A stretch of 15,158 nucleotides of DNA from Arcobacteraceae bacterium (GTDB lineage: Bacteria > Campylobacterota > Campylobacteria > Campylobacterales > Arcobacteraceae), in the NCBI GenBank assembly GCA_048268245.1, contig JBLWVX010000047.1, positions 1 to 15,158 of the forward strand, read 5' to 3'. Position numbers and translations under genes: made by a program. The notes under the pieces were generated by a model. It was given only the letters and a program-made list of their open reading frames with translations. It ran no database searches and was not told where the DNA came from. Shown here in pieces: positions 1-8,660 of this stretch; within the stretch, counting starts at the first letter, position 1; each line of letters opens with the position of its first letter.

Positions 1-118
1 TAGCTTTCTAACTTTCAATATCTATTAAATATTTTAATTATATTTTATATTTTTATTAATATATATATCAGCATATATGTACTAATATTATATAATATTA
101 TATAAGGAAAGTATCATA

Positions 119-3067
119 ATGAAAATAAAAAATATTATTATTTCATCACTTTTAACATCATCAACTCTTTTATCACAAACTTATGATGCAACTGGCATTA
201 CTTCTCAGGGTGACCTTTTCTACAAAATTCTACAAGGTTTAAAACCCAGCGATTACAATACAATTGTTTTCAAAGGATCAGGGGATTTTGAAGTTTTTGA
301 GAATATTCAAGGTGGTGTTCCTCCATACTCTGGTACACTTGGTGTTGATTCACTATTTCAAAATATTCGTTTTGAAGGTAGCAGTAAGAGTGATACCTTC
401 TTTTTTAATGGTGGTCGTTCAAGTCCTTGTACCACTATAAATTGTATACCTTATAAATTTAGTGTGAGTACCCACAGCTTAACAATTGATAACATTGCAT
501 GGTCTTTAGCACCAGATCAAGCATATGGCGATTACATTGAGGATTTTATTATTAATAATAGGGGTGCTACGCCAGGAGAGATTAATCTCAATAATGGGCA
601 ATTGAAGCTCGACCAAGGCTTTGGTTCAAATGCTCAGCTTTATTTTGGTGGTGCCACTGTTTTTAATATTACAGGTATTGATAATAAGATTATTGCACCT
701 GGTGGTGCTATTAACCGTAGCATTTATGATACAAAAATGCATTTGCATGCAGGAAGTAAACTTGAGGTAAGCGGTACAACAGAGCTTAATATGCGAGATT
801 ATGGCTATTTACAAATGGATGCAGGCAGTGAACTTGAGATTATTGATTCAAAAGTTGTGATGACCAAACAAGCAACAGCTTCAACAAATACTAGTGTAAT
901 TGATAGTGCTAGCATAGGTATTTCAGGTTTGTTCGGTAGCACCCCAAGTTCATTGGTATTATCAAACCCTACTATTAAAAATAGTTCCATAACACTTGGA
1001 CAAAATACACGTTTTGCCTCATCAACTAAATCTAATGGAGTACTTCAACCAGCAAACTTTTACTTTGAAGGTGATAACAAGATTACATTGGCATTAGGCT
1101 CTGCACTTGCTGGTTTCTCTGGGGAAAACACTGATGAAATCACATCATTTAATTTCAAAAATGGCCGAACGGATATCATTGGTAGTGGTGCATCATCAAG
1201 GCTTTTTGCACAAACTATCCATATGGATAATGCACATTTATACCATGAAAATGTTGGTATTCAGAATGATTTGAAATATCTAAGTTTGAGTAATGGTTCT
1301 AGATTAAGTCATAATGAAAATAATGGTGAAAGTTTGGAAAACCTAAGTCTTTTAAGCGTTGTTAATTCAACAATAGAAAGTGACTATAGCATTGGTATTT
1401 CTGCAATTACTAAAGCCACTTTTAATAACGCTACGATTAAGCAAACTGATAGTCGACTAACTCGTCCAACATCTTTTTACCTAAATGGAGTTGATATTAA
1501 TGCAGACACTAAAGCTACAGTAACATTTGCAGGCAATAGTGTATTTGAAAGCCGTATTGACCCAGCAGGTAAGGATATTGGGATACCTGTTGGTCTTACT
1601 ACTGGGTTTTTAACATATGCCGATGCTTTGTACTTTACGAGACAAGGTAATTTTACTGATGAGGCTAGTAGTGTAAACGGCTTGAGTAATTTAACCGTAG
1701 AGCTTAAGCCTTTTGCAACAGGTTTACTTGCTCAAGATTATTCAAATGGTGGTGAAAATAGCGATGGTATTTATGATATTTTGATTTTCAATCAAGGTGG
1801 TACTGCCACTACCAATGCTACAGCTGATAGCGATACAGTAGCTGTACGTATGAGTGGAGATATGCCAGCACTTTTAAAAGCTACACAAGTTAAAACACCA
1901 AGTGCTGATAATCAAGTTTCAGTAAAACTTGAGACACAAGCACTTTCATCATTAATTTCACATTCTACTATTACAACTCCGAATCAGCAAAATGGATTAA
2001 ATCTATTAATAAATAGTGCAAATTCTGGAAATACAAATGTAAATAATGCATTAAATACTGTAACAAACTCTCAACTTCAAACACACACAAATACTGTTCA
2101 TGCAGAACCATACTCATCATATATGACAGTTTCATTAGAGCATACAGATATGATAATGAATAATGTTTTAAGTAATACTGCATTAACAAGAAATCTAAAT
2201 AGTGGAAATTTGGAAAGAAAAAAGAACTTTTGGATTGATATAAGCCATTCAAAAGGTGATATTGATGGAAGTTCAGGCTTAGGAAGCTTTGATTATACTT
2301 TAAATACTATAACTCTTGGAAATGATTTTATTGTAAAGGATAATAAGCGTGCTGGTCTATTTGTTTCATTTGGAACACAAAAAATGGATGAACACGATAC
2401 AGTTACTCAAGATTTTAACAGTGATAATTACTATGTTGGTGGATATTTAAATCAAAATACTGTAAATGATTGGATTTTAGGAAGTGTATTTGGGTATGGA
2501 TATGGAAAACATAAATCAAATAGAGTTGTAAAGCTAGCAAATTTAAATGAAAATATTAAAGGTAAGTTTGATAGTCATAGTATTTATGGAGCGATTAATA
2601 TCTCAAAGACTATGTTTACAAATGATTGGATCTCTTTAAGACCTGAAATTGGCTTAGACTATACATATTACCAGCAGGAAAAAATAAAAGAATCAGGAGA
2701 TACAAACTTTAATCTTACTATTGATAAAGCTAATGCACAAGCAATAGTTGCAAGTATCGGATTAAATGCAAAATTTAAAAGTATTTCAGATACTAATAAT
2801 ATCTATCCTCTTGCTTTTATCAAATATGAACATGATTTTTATGCAAATAAAAACAATACTCATAAAATAGATGCGGCATTAAGTTCAAATTCAAATTATA
2901 AACAAGAGTTTGAAGGTCAAAATAGAGGAGAGAACTCATTATTAACTGGTATTGGCTTAGCTAGTGATATAAGTAATGCTTTACAAATAAATGGAGGTTT
3001 GGTTTATAGTAAACATTCTCATGGAAAAGAAATTGGTGCTGGAGTAAGTTTAAAATATCAATTTTAA
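119..3067 (+). CDS. Autotransporter (type Va) outer-membrane protein: signal peptide, putative beta-helical passenger, C-terminal beta-barrel
   Basis: 982-aa ORF with RBS AAGGA at about 104-108 and Sec signal MKIKNIIISSLLTSSTLLS. The passenger is G/N/S/T-rich. A linker helix (HAEPYSSYMTVSLEH) precedes about 280 aa of amphipathic beta-strands starting at NFWID, ending in the BAM-type motif GVSLKYQF. Confidence 0.9.
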   Translation: MKIKNIIISSLLTSSTLLSQTYDATGITSQGDLFYKILQGLKPSDYNTIVFKGSGDFEVFENIQGGVPPYSGTLGVDSLFQNIRFEGSSKSDTFFFNGGRSSPCTTINCIPYKFSVSTHSLTIDNIAWSLAPDQAYGDYIEDFIINNRGATPGEINLNNGQLKLDQGFGSNAQLYFGGATVFNITGIDNKIIAPGGAINRSIYDTKMHLHAGSKLEVSGTTELNMRDYGYLQMDAGSELEIIDSKVVMTKQATASTNTSVIDSASIGISGLFGSTPSSLVLSNPTIKNSSITLGQNTRFASSTKSNGVLQPANFYFEGDNKITLALGSALAGFSGENTDEITSFNFKNGRTDIIGSGASSRLFAQTIHMDNAHLYHENVGIQNDLKYLSLSNGSRLSHNENNGESLENLSLLSVVNSTIESDYSIGISAITKATFNNATIKQTDSRLTRPTSFYLNGVDINADTKATVTFAGNSVFESRIDPAGKDIGIPVGLTTGFLTYADALYFTRQGNFTDEASSVNGLSNLTVELKPFATGLLAQDYSNGGENSDGIYDILIFNQGGTATTNATADSDTVAVRMSGDMPALLKATQVKTPSADNQVSVKLETQALSSLISHSTITTPNQQNGLNLLINSANSGNTNVNNALNTVTNSQLQTHTNTVHAEPYSSYMTVSLEHTDMIMNNVLSNTALTRNLNSGNLERKKNFWIDISHSKGDIDGSSGLGSFDYTLNTITLGNDFIVKDNKRAGLFVSFGTQKMDEHDTVTQDFNSDNYYVGGYLNQNTVNDWILGSVFGYGYGKHKSNRVVKLANLNENIKGKFDSHSIYGAINISKTMFTNDWISLRPEIGLDYTYYQQEKIKESGDTNFNLTIDKANAQAIVASIGLNAKFKSISDTNNIYPLAFIKYEHDFYANKNNTHKIDAALSSNSNYKQEFEGQNRGENSLLTGIGLASDISNALQINGGLVYSKHSHGKEIGAGVSLKYQF

Positions 3068-3165
3068 ACTTATTTCAGAAAAAATATTTAGATACTGAAA
3101 ATTAAGTGATAGTTTAATCGATATGATTGAGTATGTTAATGATGTTGAATTCAATATAGTATAGC

Positions 3166-3405
3166 TTATTTAACACACTCTTTTATACTTTTTAAGATAG
3201 AGTTTATATATTTATTTATCTCTTCATTTTTTTATGTTTTCTCAATTTTGTAGTTGATTCTTGGAAGCTGTTTTTGCTTGTTCATATTATAATCAAGAAA
3301 AATTGAGATTCTAACTCCATAGTTTTAGTAATCATCGTTTATATTTGATTTGTTATTATCATCATAACCAAGCTGAGAAAATAGTGAGACTTTTGGAAAA
3401 TATTT
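3166..3405 (-). pseudogene. Degraded internal fragment resembling a TolC-family outer-membrane protein
   Basis: Manual translation: KYFPKVSLFSQLGYDDNNKSNINDDY*NYGVRISIFLDYNMNKQKQLPRINYKIEKT*KNEEINKYINSILKSIKECVK*. It shows a TolC-like PxVxL strand, loop, GxxxSxPL-like strand and helix pattern, with in-frame TAA at 3325-3327 and 3232-3234. Confidence 0.5.
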
Positions 3406-3526
3406 TTTCATCTGAATTTATAGAGAAATTATTTTTTCCTTCAATATATCCAGCTACAAACTCTACATAATTGTCGTTAGCAAAGATAGAGTTTGCTAAA
3501 AATGCTGATAATAAAAGTTTTTTCAT
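3362..3526 (-). pseudogene. Truncated 54-aa N-terminus of an exported, probably outer-membrane protein (not in ORF track)
   Basis: MKKLLLSAFLANSIFA-NDNYVEFVAGYIEGKNNFSINSDEKIFSKSLTIFSAWL*. A clear Sec signal peptide is followed by one beta-strand-like segment and an early stop. There is no good RBS upstream. Confidence 0.5.
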
Positions 3527-3585
3527 TTTTATATAAAAGAAATATATTTTAATTTCTTGTGGAAATAGTGTCTTTAATAAAAATA

Positions 3586-4227
3586 TTATAATCTTTTATC
3601 CATTTTTATAATTTCTTTAATTTCCTTTTCTATTAAATCTATATCATCAGTTGCTTTGATAATATGTATATCTTCTTTACTAATCATATTATTTGCATAA
3701 AGTGACTTTTCAATAAATTTTAGTAAGTACTCCCAATAATCATATCCAACTAGGTATATTTTAAAACCTTTTGGCATTTTACCTGTTTGTGTAAGAGTTA
3801 AAACTTCAAACATTTCATCTAGTGTACCAAACCCACCAGGAAATACAACACAAGCTTTTGAGTATTTTACTAACATATATTTTCTTGAGAAAAAATAGTT
3901 AAATGTAAGATTTTTAGTTGTATATTTATTGAGTGACTTTTCAAAAGGAAGATAAATACTTAATCCTATAGATTGGGCACCTTTTGCATCATAAGCACCT
4001 TTGTTAGCTGCTTGCATAATACCATCACCACCACCTGTAATAACATTTATTCCATTTTTACTTAAATTAAATGCTAAATCATAAGCTAGTTTTGCATACT
4101 TATCATTTTCATTTGTTCTTGCACTACCAAAAATAGTTACATTATTTTTAAAATCTTTTAGTAACGCTTTTCCATTTGTGAAATCATCATTTATCTTTTT
4201 TTTATATACTGTATCCGGACTTAACAT
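3586..4227 (-). CDS. LOG-family nucleotide phosphoribohydrolase (TIGR00730 Rossmann-fold protein)
   Basis: Motifs VTIFGSAR, ITGGGDGIMQAANKGA, FFSRKYML and PGGFGTLDE. RBS AAGGAGG at 4233-4239 (minus strand). Confidence 0.92.
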   Translation of the reverse strand: MLSPDTVYKKKINDDFTNGKALLKDFKNNVTIFGSARTNENDKYAKLAYDLAFNLSKNGINVITGGGDGIMQAANKGAYDAKGAQSIGLSIYLPFEKSLNKYTTKNLTFNYFFSRKYMLVKYSKACVVFPGGFGTLDEMFEVLTLTQTGKMPKGFKIYLVGYDYWEYLLKFIEKSLYANNMISKEDIHIIKATDDIDLIEKEIKEIIKMDKRL

Positions 4228-4263
4228 AATGTCCTCCTTTATAAAAAAATATTATTTATATAG

Positions 4264-4269
4264 ATTATA
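4264..4269 (-). promoter_or_regulatory. Candidate sigma70 -10 element (TATAAT) for the LOG gene
   Basis: Perfect TATAAT on the minus strand about 36 bp upstream of the ATG. The AT-rich background limits certainty. Confidence 0.45.
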
Positions 4270-4285
4270 TGCCAATTTTGATTAA

Positions 4286-4321
4286 AAAACTCACTATTAT
4301 CTCACTTAGTTTTGCTACACT
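4286..4321 (+). promoter_or_regulatory. Direct-repeat regulator box 1 plus extended -10 for the sensor kinase
   Basis: aaaaCTCACTattatCTCACTt with half-sites at 4290 and 4301, then TGcTACACT (hexamer 4316-4321). Confidence 0.75.
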
Positions 4322-4347
4322 AGCACTTTAGATTAGGAGAGTTTATC

Positions 4348-5880
4348 TTGTTTAGTGAAAAAAATATTCCCAAACTTATTATTTTAACACCTATTATTAC
4401 AGTAGTAATGATTGCTTTTTTTACAATCTATTTTTTTATTAAAAATCAAAACAACTATTTTGAAACACAAAGTATTGAAGTTGAAAAAGCTTATATCAAT
4501 AAGCAAAAAAATATTTTGAAAAAAGAAGTAGATTACATCATAAATTATATTGAACACCATGTAAAAAGAAATAACAAATTAAATGAAGAAGAATTAAAAA
4601 AAGAACTTCTAAAATATATAGAGACTATTAGATATGAAAAACATGGTTATATTTGGGTACATGATACTAATTACTATTTAAGAGCTCATCCTTTTAGACA
4701 AAAAAATATTGATACATATGATATTGATTTAAAAGATGCTATGGGGACTTATATTACAAAAGAGTTTATTGATAAAACTATTAAGAATCCAGATGGAATT
4801 TTTATAGAGTATTATTGGCAAAAACCTAAAAATGTTCACTTTTCAAAAAAACTTGGTTTTTTTAGATTGTATGAAAAATACAATTGGGTAATTGGAGCAG
4901 GACTTTATATTGATGATATTCAAAATTCAATTCATGAAAATAAAAAGATTTTAGAAGAGAAAATTAATAAGCATATTAGACTTGTTGTAACTATTTCTTT
5001 CTTAGTTATTTTAGTAATAGGACTTTTGTCTTTTATCATGTCAAAAAAAATCACACAGGTTTTTAAAGCTTATCAAGATAGTGTGAAGAAAAAAGAGCTT
5101 TTATTAGAAGATTTAAATAGAAATTTAGAACTAAAAGTTCAAAAAGCAATTACAGAAGTAAAGAAAAAAGATAGAGCCATGCTTCACCAGTCAAGACTAG
5201 CTAGAATGGGAACAATGCTTAGTATGATTGCTCATCAATGGAGACAACCTTTAAGTGAAGTTTCTGGAATTTTAATGGAGCTAGAAACTGCTAATAAGTT
5301 TAATAAAGTTAATTCAAATATGATAAAAGATAGTGTAGATGAATCAAATAAACAAATTCAGTTTATGTCAAATACTATCGAAGATTTTAGAAACTTTTTT
5401 AAACCTGATAAAAAGAAGATTGATTTCTATATTGATAATGCTTGTAGTGAAGCGGTTACTTTAGTTTATGCTTCTTTAAAAAACTTCAATATCAAATTAA
5501 ATAAAAATGTAAAGTATAACTGCTTTATACATGGTTATGAAAGAGAGTTTGCTCAAGTTATGTTAAATCTTATTTCAAATGCAAAAGATGTATTAATTCA
5601 AAGAGATATTAAAAATCCTAAAATTGATATAACTTTAGATAGAAAATTTAATAATGCAATTATAAAAGTACAGGACAATGCAGGTGGAGTAGAAGATGAG
5701 TATATGGACTTGATTTTTGAGCCATATTTTACTACAAAAAGTAGTTCAAAGGGAACTGGACTTGGACTTTATATGGCTAAGATGATTATTGAAAAAAATA
5801 TGCAAGGAGAGTTATTCGTAGAAAATAAAAAAGAAGGAGCTTGTTTTTTTATTGTTTTACCAACTGAACAAAAAGTTTAA
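4348..5880 (+). CDS. Membrane sensor histidine kinase with periplasmic single Cache (sCache_2-like) domain
   Basis: TTG start after RBS AGGAG. Two TM helices flank a Cache region (RYEKHGYIWV..AHP..LKDAMG..EYYWQKP..KKLGF..NWVIGAGLYIDDI). H-box IAHQWRQPL, N-box NLISNAKD, G1 DNAGG, F-box IFEPYFTTK, G2 GTGLGLY. Confidence 0.95.
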   Translation: MFSEKNIPKLIILTPIITVVMIAFFTIYFFIKNQNNYFETQSIEVEKAYINKQKNILKKEVDYIINYIEHHVKRNNKLNEEELKKELLKYIETIRYEKHGYIWVHDTNYYLRAHPFRQKNIDTYDIDLKDAMGTYITKEFIDKTIKNPDGIFIEYYWQKPKNVHFSKKLGFFRLYEKYNWVIGAGLYIDDIQNSIHENKKILEEKINKHIRLVVTISFLVILVIGLLSFIMSKKITQVFKAYQDSVKKKELLLEDLNRNLELKVQKAITEVKKKDRAMLHQSRLARMGTMLSMIAHQWRQPLSEVSGILMELETANKFNKVNSNMIKDSVDESNKQIQFMSNTIEDFRNFFKPDKKKIDFYIDNACSEAVTLVYASLKNFNIKLNKNVKYNCFIHGYEREFAQVMLNLISNAKDVLIQRDIKNPKIDITLDRKFNNAIIKVQDNAGGVEDEYMDLIFEPYFTTKSSSKGTGLGLYMAKMIIEKNMQGELFVENKKEGACFFIVLPTEQKV

Positions 5881-5882
5881 AA

Positions 5883-5915
5883 TGATACTTATTTGATACT
5901 ATTTTTTTGTATATT
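5883..5915 (+). promoter_or_regulatory. Variant direct-repeat box (TGATACT-N4-TGATACT) plus -10-like TATATT for the HD-GYP gene
   Basis: TGATACT at 5883 and 5894 (11-bp period), TATATT at 5910-5915. The geometry matches the CTCACT boxes. Confidence 0.55.
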
Positions 5916-5951
5916 TATTAAACACAATTTTATACAAGAAGGTATTTTATT

Positions 5952-6905
5952 ATGAATCAAAAAGAGTTTGTTTTTTCTGCACCTATTGAAATCTTGGATA
6001 TAAAACAGGGTTTTGACTATCCAATTTATGCAAAATGTGATAATAGACGCTTTAAGGTTTTAGTAGAAAAAAATTCATTTTATAGTAAAAAAGAGTGTAG
6101 CTTCTACAAGAATAACCAATTAAAAAAAGTATTTATAAATGTAAAAGATAAAATAAAATATCAAAATGATGTACAAAAGTATATAACAAATATAGTTGAT
6201 AATGATGATATCTCAGCAAAGGTAAAAGCAATTTTAATAAATGACCTTGTAAAAGATACAATTCAAAATCTTTTTGAAGCAGCAGATATTTCAAAAGAGA
6301 TGTTAAAAAATGTTGATACTCTTTTATTAAGTAGTATAGATTTTATTTTAAAAGATGAACTTGCTATTAAATCAATGTTAAAAGTTATCTCATATGATTA
6401 TTATACTTCTACTCATTGTATTGATGTAGCAACTTATGCATTAGCTTTTGGAGCATATTTAAAGCTTGAAAAAAAAGAATTAGAACTTTTGGGAAAGGCT
6501 GCTCTTTTACATGATTTAGGTAAGAGAAAGATTGATAAAAACATCATAGGTAAAAATGGAAAATTAACTACAGAAGAGTTTGAAAAAGTAAAAGAACATC
6601 CTACTTTTTCAGTTAAAATTCTAAAAAAATATGGAGAAACAAATCAAAGGTTATTGGATATCATAGAACAACATCATGAGAAGTGTGATGGTACAGGTTA
6701 TCCAAGAGGTTTAAAAAGCAATGAAATTGATGATTTTGCTAAAATAATAGCAATATGCGATATATTTCATGCATTAACAACAAGGCGAAGTTACAAAGAT
6801 AGTTTTGATAAACATAAAGCTTTCATGATTATGTACGAAAAAATGAGAGGTGAAATTTGTGAAGACTATCTAAGAGCATTTCTACAGTTCTTAAAAGTAA
6901 CATAG
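5952..6905 (+). CDS. HD-GYP domain cyclic-dinucleotide phosphodiesterase
   Basis: Motifs DYYTSTH, LLHDLGK, KEHP, HHEKCDGTGYPRGL and CDIFHALTTRRSYK. RBS AAGG at 5939-5942. Confidence 0.9.
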   Translation: MNQKEFVFSAPIEILDIKQGFDYPIYAKCDNRRFKVLVEKNSFYSKKECSFYKNNQLKKVFINVKDKIKYQNDVQKYITNIVDNDDISAKVKAILINDLVKDTIQNLFEAADISKEMLKNVDTLLLSSIDFILKDELAIKSMLKVISYDYYTSTHCIDVATYALAFGAYLKLEKKELELLGKAALLHDLGKRKIDKNIIGKNGKLTTEEFEKVKEHPTFSVKILKKYGETNQRLLDIIEQHHEKCDGTGYPRGLKSNEIDDFAKIIAICDIFHALTTRRSYKDSFDKHKAFMIMYEKMRGEICEDYLRAFLQFLKVT

Positions 6906-6953
6906 TGTAAAATAGCCTTGTTTAGAAATTAGATTATTTAAATAAGGTTTTTG

Positions 6954-7634
6954 ATGGAAGAGTTAATAAAACAATTTCAAAATTATACAGTTTTATGTGT
7001 AGAAGATGAAGATGGAATTAGAAAAAGATTAGTAAATACTTTAAAGTACTATTTTAAAGAAGTTTACGAAGCAAATAATGGTGAAGATGGTTTTGATTTA
7101 TACCAAGAGTATAAGCCATCTCTTATTATTAGTGATATTGAAATGCCTAATCAAAATGGTATTTCTATGATAGAGCAGATAAGACAAAAAGATTTAGATA
7201 CTATTGTTATTATGATTACTGCTTATTCAAATGAAGAGTACCTTTTAGAACTTATAAATTTAAATATTAATCAATACATCTTAAAACCTGTAAATTCAGA
7301 CTCTTTATTAAGTGGTATAATAAAAGCTTTTGGAAATAGACTAAATGAAGAAATAGAGTTTTGTGATGGTTTATATTTTGATAAAACACAAATGGAGCTT
7401 TTTTATAAAAATGAACTTGTATCTTTGCGAAAACGAGATAAAGAGTTTTTATTACTTCTACACAGGAATAGGAACGGTGTGGTTACTTATGACTTAATTG
7501 AAGAGTATTTATGGAGAGATAAGTCAATGAGTCTATCTGCACTAAAAACCTTCATCAAGGAGTTCCGCCAAAGAATACCTGTTGATATTATCACAAATGT
7601 GCCACAAATTGGTTACAAACTTTTAAATCAATAA
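6954..7634 (+). CDS. OmpR/PhoB-type response regulator (receiver plus winged helix)
   Basis: Receiver motifs VEDE, IISDIEMP, ITAYS and YILKP. The C-terminal wHTH ends IITNVPQIGYKL. ATG at 6954 is preferred over TTG at 6951 (AAGG at 6944-6947). Confidence 0.93.
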   Translation: MEELIKQFQNYTVLCVEDEDGIRKRLVNTLKYYFKEVYEANNGEDGFDLYQEYKPSLIISDIEMPNQNGISMIEQIRQKDLDTIVIMITAYSNEEYLLELINLNINQYILKPVNSDSLLSGIIKAFGNRLNEEIEFCDGLYFDKTQMELFYKNELVSLRKRDKEFLLLLHRNRNGVVTYDLIEEYLWRDKSMSLSALKTFIKEFRQRIPVDIITNVPQIGYKLLNQ

Positions 7635-7670
7635 AAAACTCACTATAAACTCACTTGATTGTTTTATGAT
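7635..7670 (+). promoter_or_regulatory. Direct-repeat regulator box 2 plus -10 for dctPQM
   Basis: aaaaCTCACTataaaCTCACTt with half-sites at 7639 and 7650, then TATGAT at 7665-7670. Confidence 0.78.
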
Positions 7671-7698
7671 TTCCTTATAAAAAATAAGGAGAAACAAA

Positions 7699-8655
7699 AT
7701 GATTAAGAAAAGTTTACTAATAGCTTCACTTGCATCTTTAGCTTTAGCTGGAAATGTAAAGATGGATTTAAATGCTAAATATGGAGCAAATAACTTCCAC
7801 ACAAAAGGTGCTGTACAGTTTGCTAATCTTGTAAAAGATTATTCAAAAGGAAGTGTAAGTATTACAGTTCATCCTGGAAGTGCATTAATTAAAGGAAACC
7901 CTTTAAAAGCTGTAAAAGATGCAACTGTTGCAATGACTGATATGTTTATTCCATTTACATCAGGTGGGGGAAAAGTATTTGGTGTTTCAGCTTTACCTTT
8001 TATTGCTAACTCATACGAAGATGCTTATAAATTATACCAATTATCAAAACCTGCATATGAAAAAACTGCAAGAAAATGGAACCAAAAGTTACTTTACTCT
8101 GTAACATGGCCAGCTTCTGGGTTCTACTCAAAAGATTCAATTTCATCAATCAATGATTTTAAAGGTATTAAAACTAGAACTTATGATAAAAACTCAGCTG
8201 CGTTCATTAATCTTTCAGGTGGAAATGCGGTAGCACTTCCTTGGGGAGAAGTTTATTCAGCTTTAAGAACTGGTATGGTTGATTCTGTTGTAACATCTTC
8301 ATCATCAGGAAAAGATGGTAAGTTTTGGGAAGTTTTAAATAACTATACAAAAATTAATTATGCTTACCCACTTCAAGCAGTTACAATTAACTTAGATTAC
8401 TGGAACTCTTTAGATAAAGCACAACAAAAAGCTGTTTTAAAAGCTGCAAAACAAATCGAAGAGTCTCAATGGAAAGCTGTTAAAGTTGAAGAAAAAGAAG
8501 CACTTGAGACTTTAGCTAAAAATGGAATGAAAATAGCAGATACAAGTCCTAAGTTAAAAGCTGAGTTAGACAAAATCGCAGATAAGTTATTAGAAGAGTA
8601 CTTAGAAGGTGCAAACTCTGATATTAAGAAAATATTTAAAGAATATAGAAAGTAA
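7699..8655 (+). CDS. dctP: TRAP transporter substrate-binding protein, DctP6/7-like (probable pyroglutamate binder)
   Basis: Signal peptide ending ALA. Motifs NNFHT, LPFIANSYEDA, LLYSVTWP, DFKGIKTR (conserved carboxylate-binding Arg), EVYSALRTGMVD and GKDGKFWE. RBS AAGGAG. Confidence 0.92.
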   Translation: MIKKSLLIASLASLALAGNVKMDLNAKYGANNFHTKGAVQFANLVKDYSKGSVSITVHPGSALIKGNPLKAVKDATVAMTDMFIPFTSGGGKVFGVSALPFIANSYEDAYKLYQLSKPAYEKTARKWNQKLLYSVTWPASGFYSKDSISSINDFKGIKTRTYDKNSAAFINLSGGNAVALPWGEVYSALRTGMVDSVVTSSSSGKDGKFWEVLNNYTKINYAYPLQAVTINLDYWNSLDKAQQKAVLKAAKQIEESQWKAVKVEEKEALETLAKNGMKIADTSPKLKAELDKIADKLLEEYLEGANSDIKKIFKEYRK

Positions 8656-8660
8656 TAGTT

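Noticed and set aside
83..100. Perfect 18-bp palindrome TAATATTATATAATATTA upstream of the autotransporter
   Set aside because: It contains only A and T in an extremely AT-rich stretch. It could be an operator or contain the -10, but cannot be distinguished from low-complexity chance.
805..990. 61-aa minus-strand ORF
   Set aside because: Antisense shadow inside the autotransporter, with no recognisable features.
1971..2252. 93-aa minus-strand ORF
   Set aside because: Antisense shadow of the autotransporter with typical off-frame L/Y/H-rich composition.
3068..3107. Imperfect inverted repeat after the autotransporter stop (ACTTATTTCAG...CTGAAAATTAAGT)
   Set aside because: AT-rich bulged stem, long loop and no U-tract, so too weak to call a terminator.
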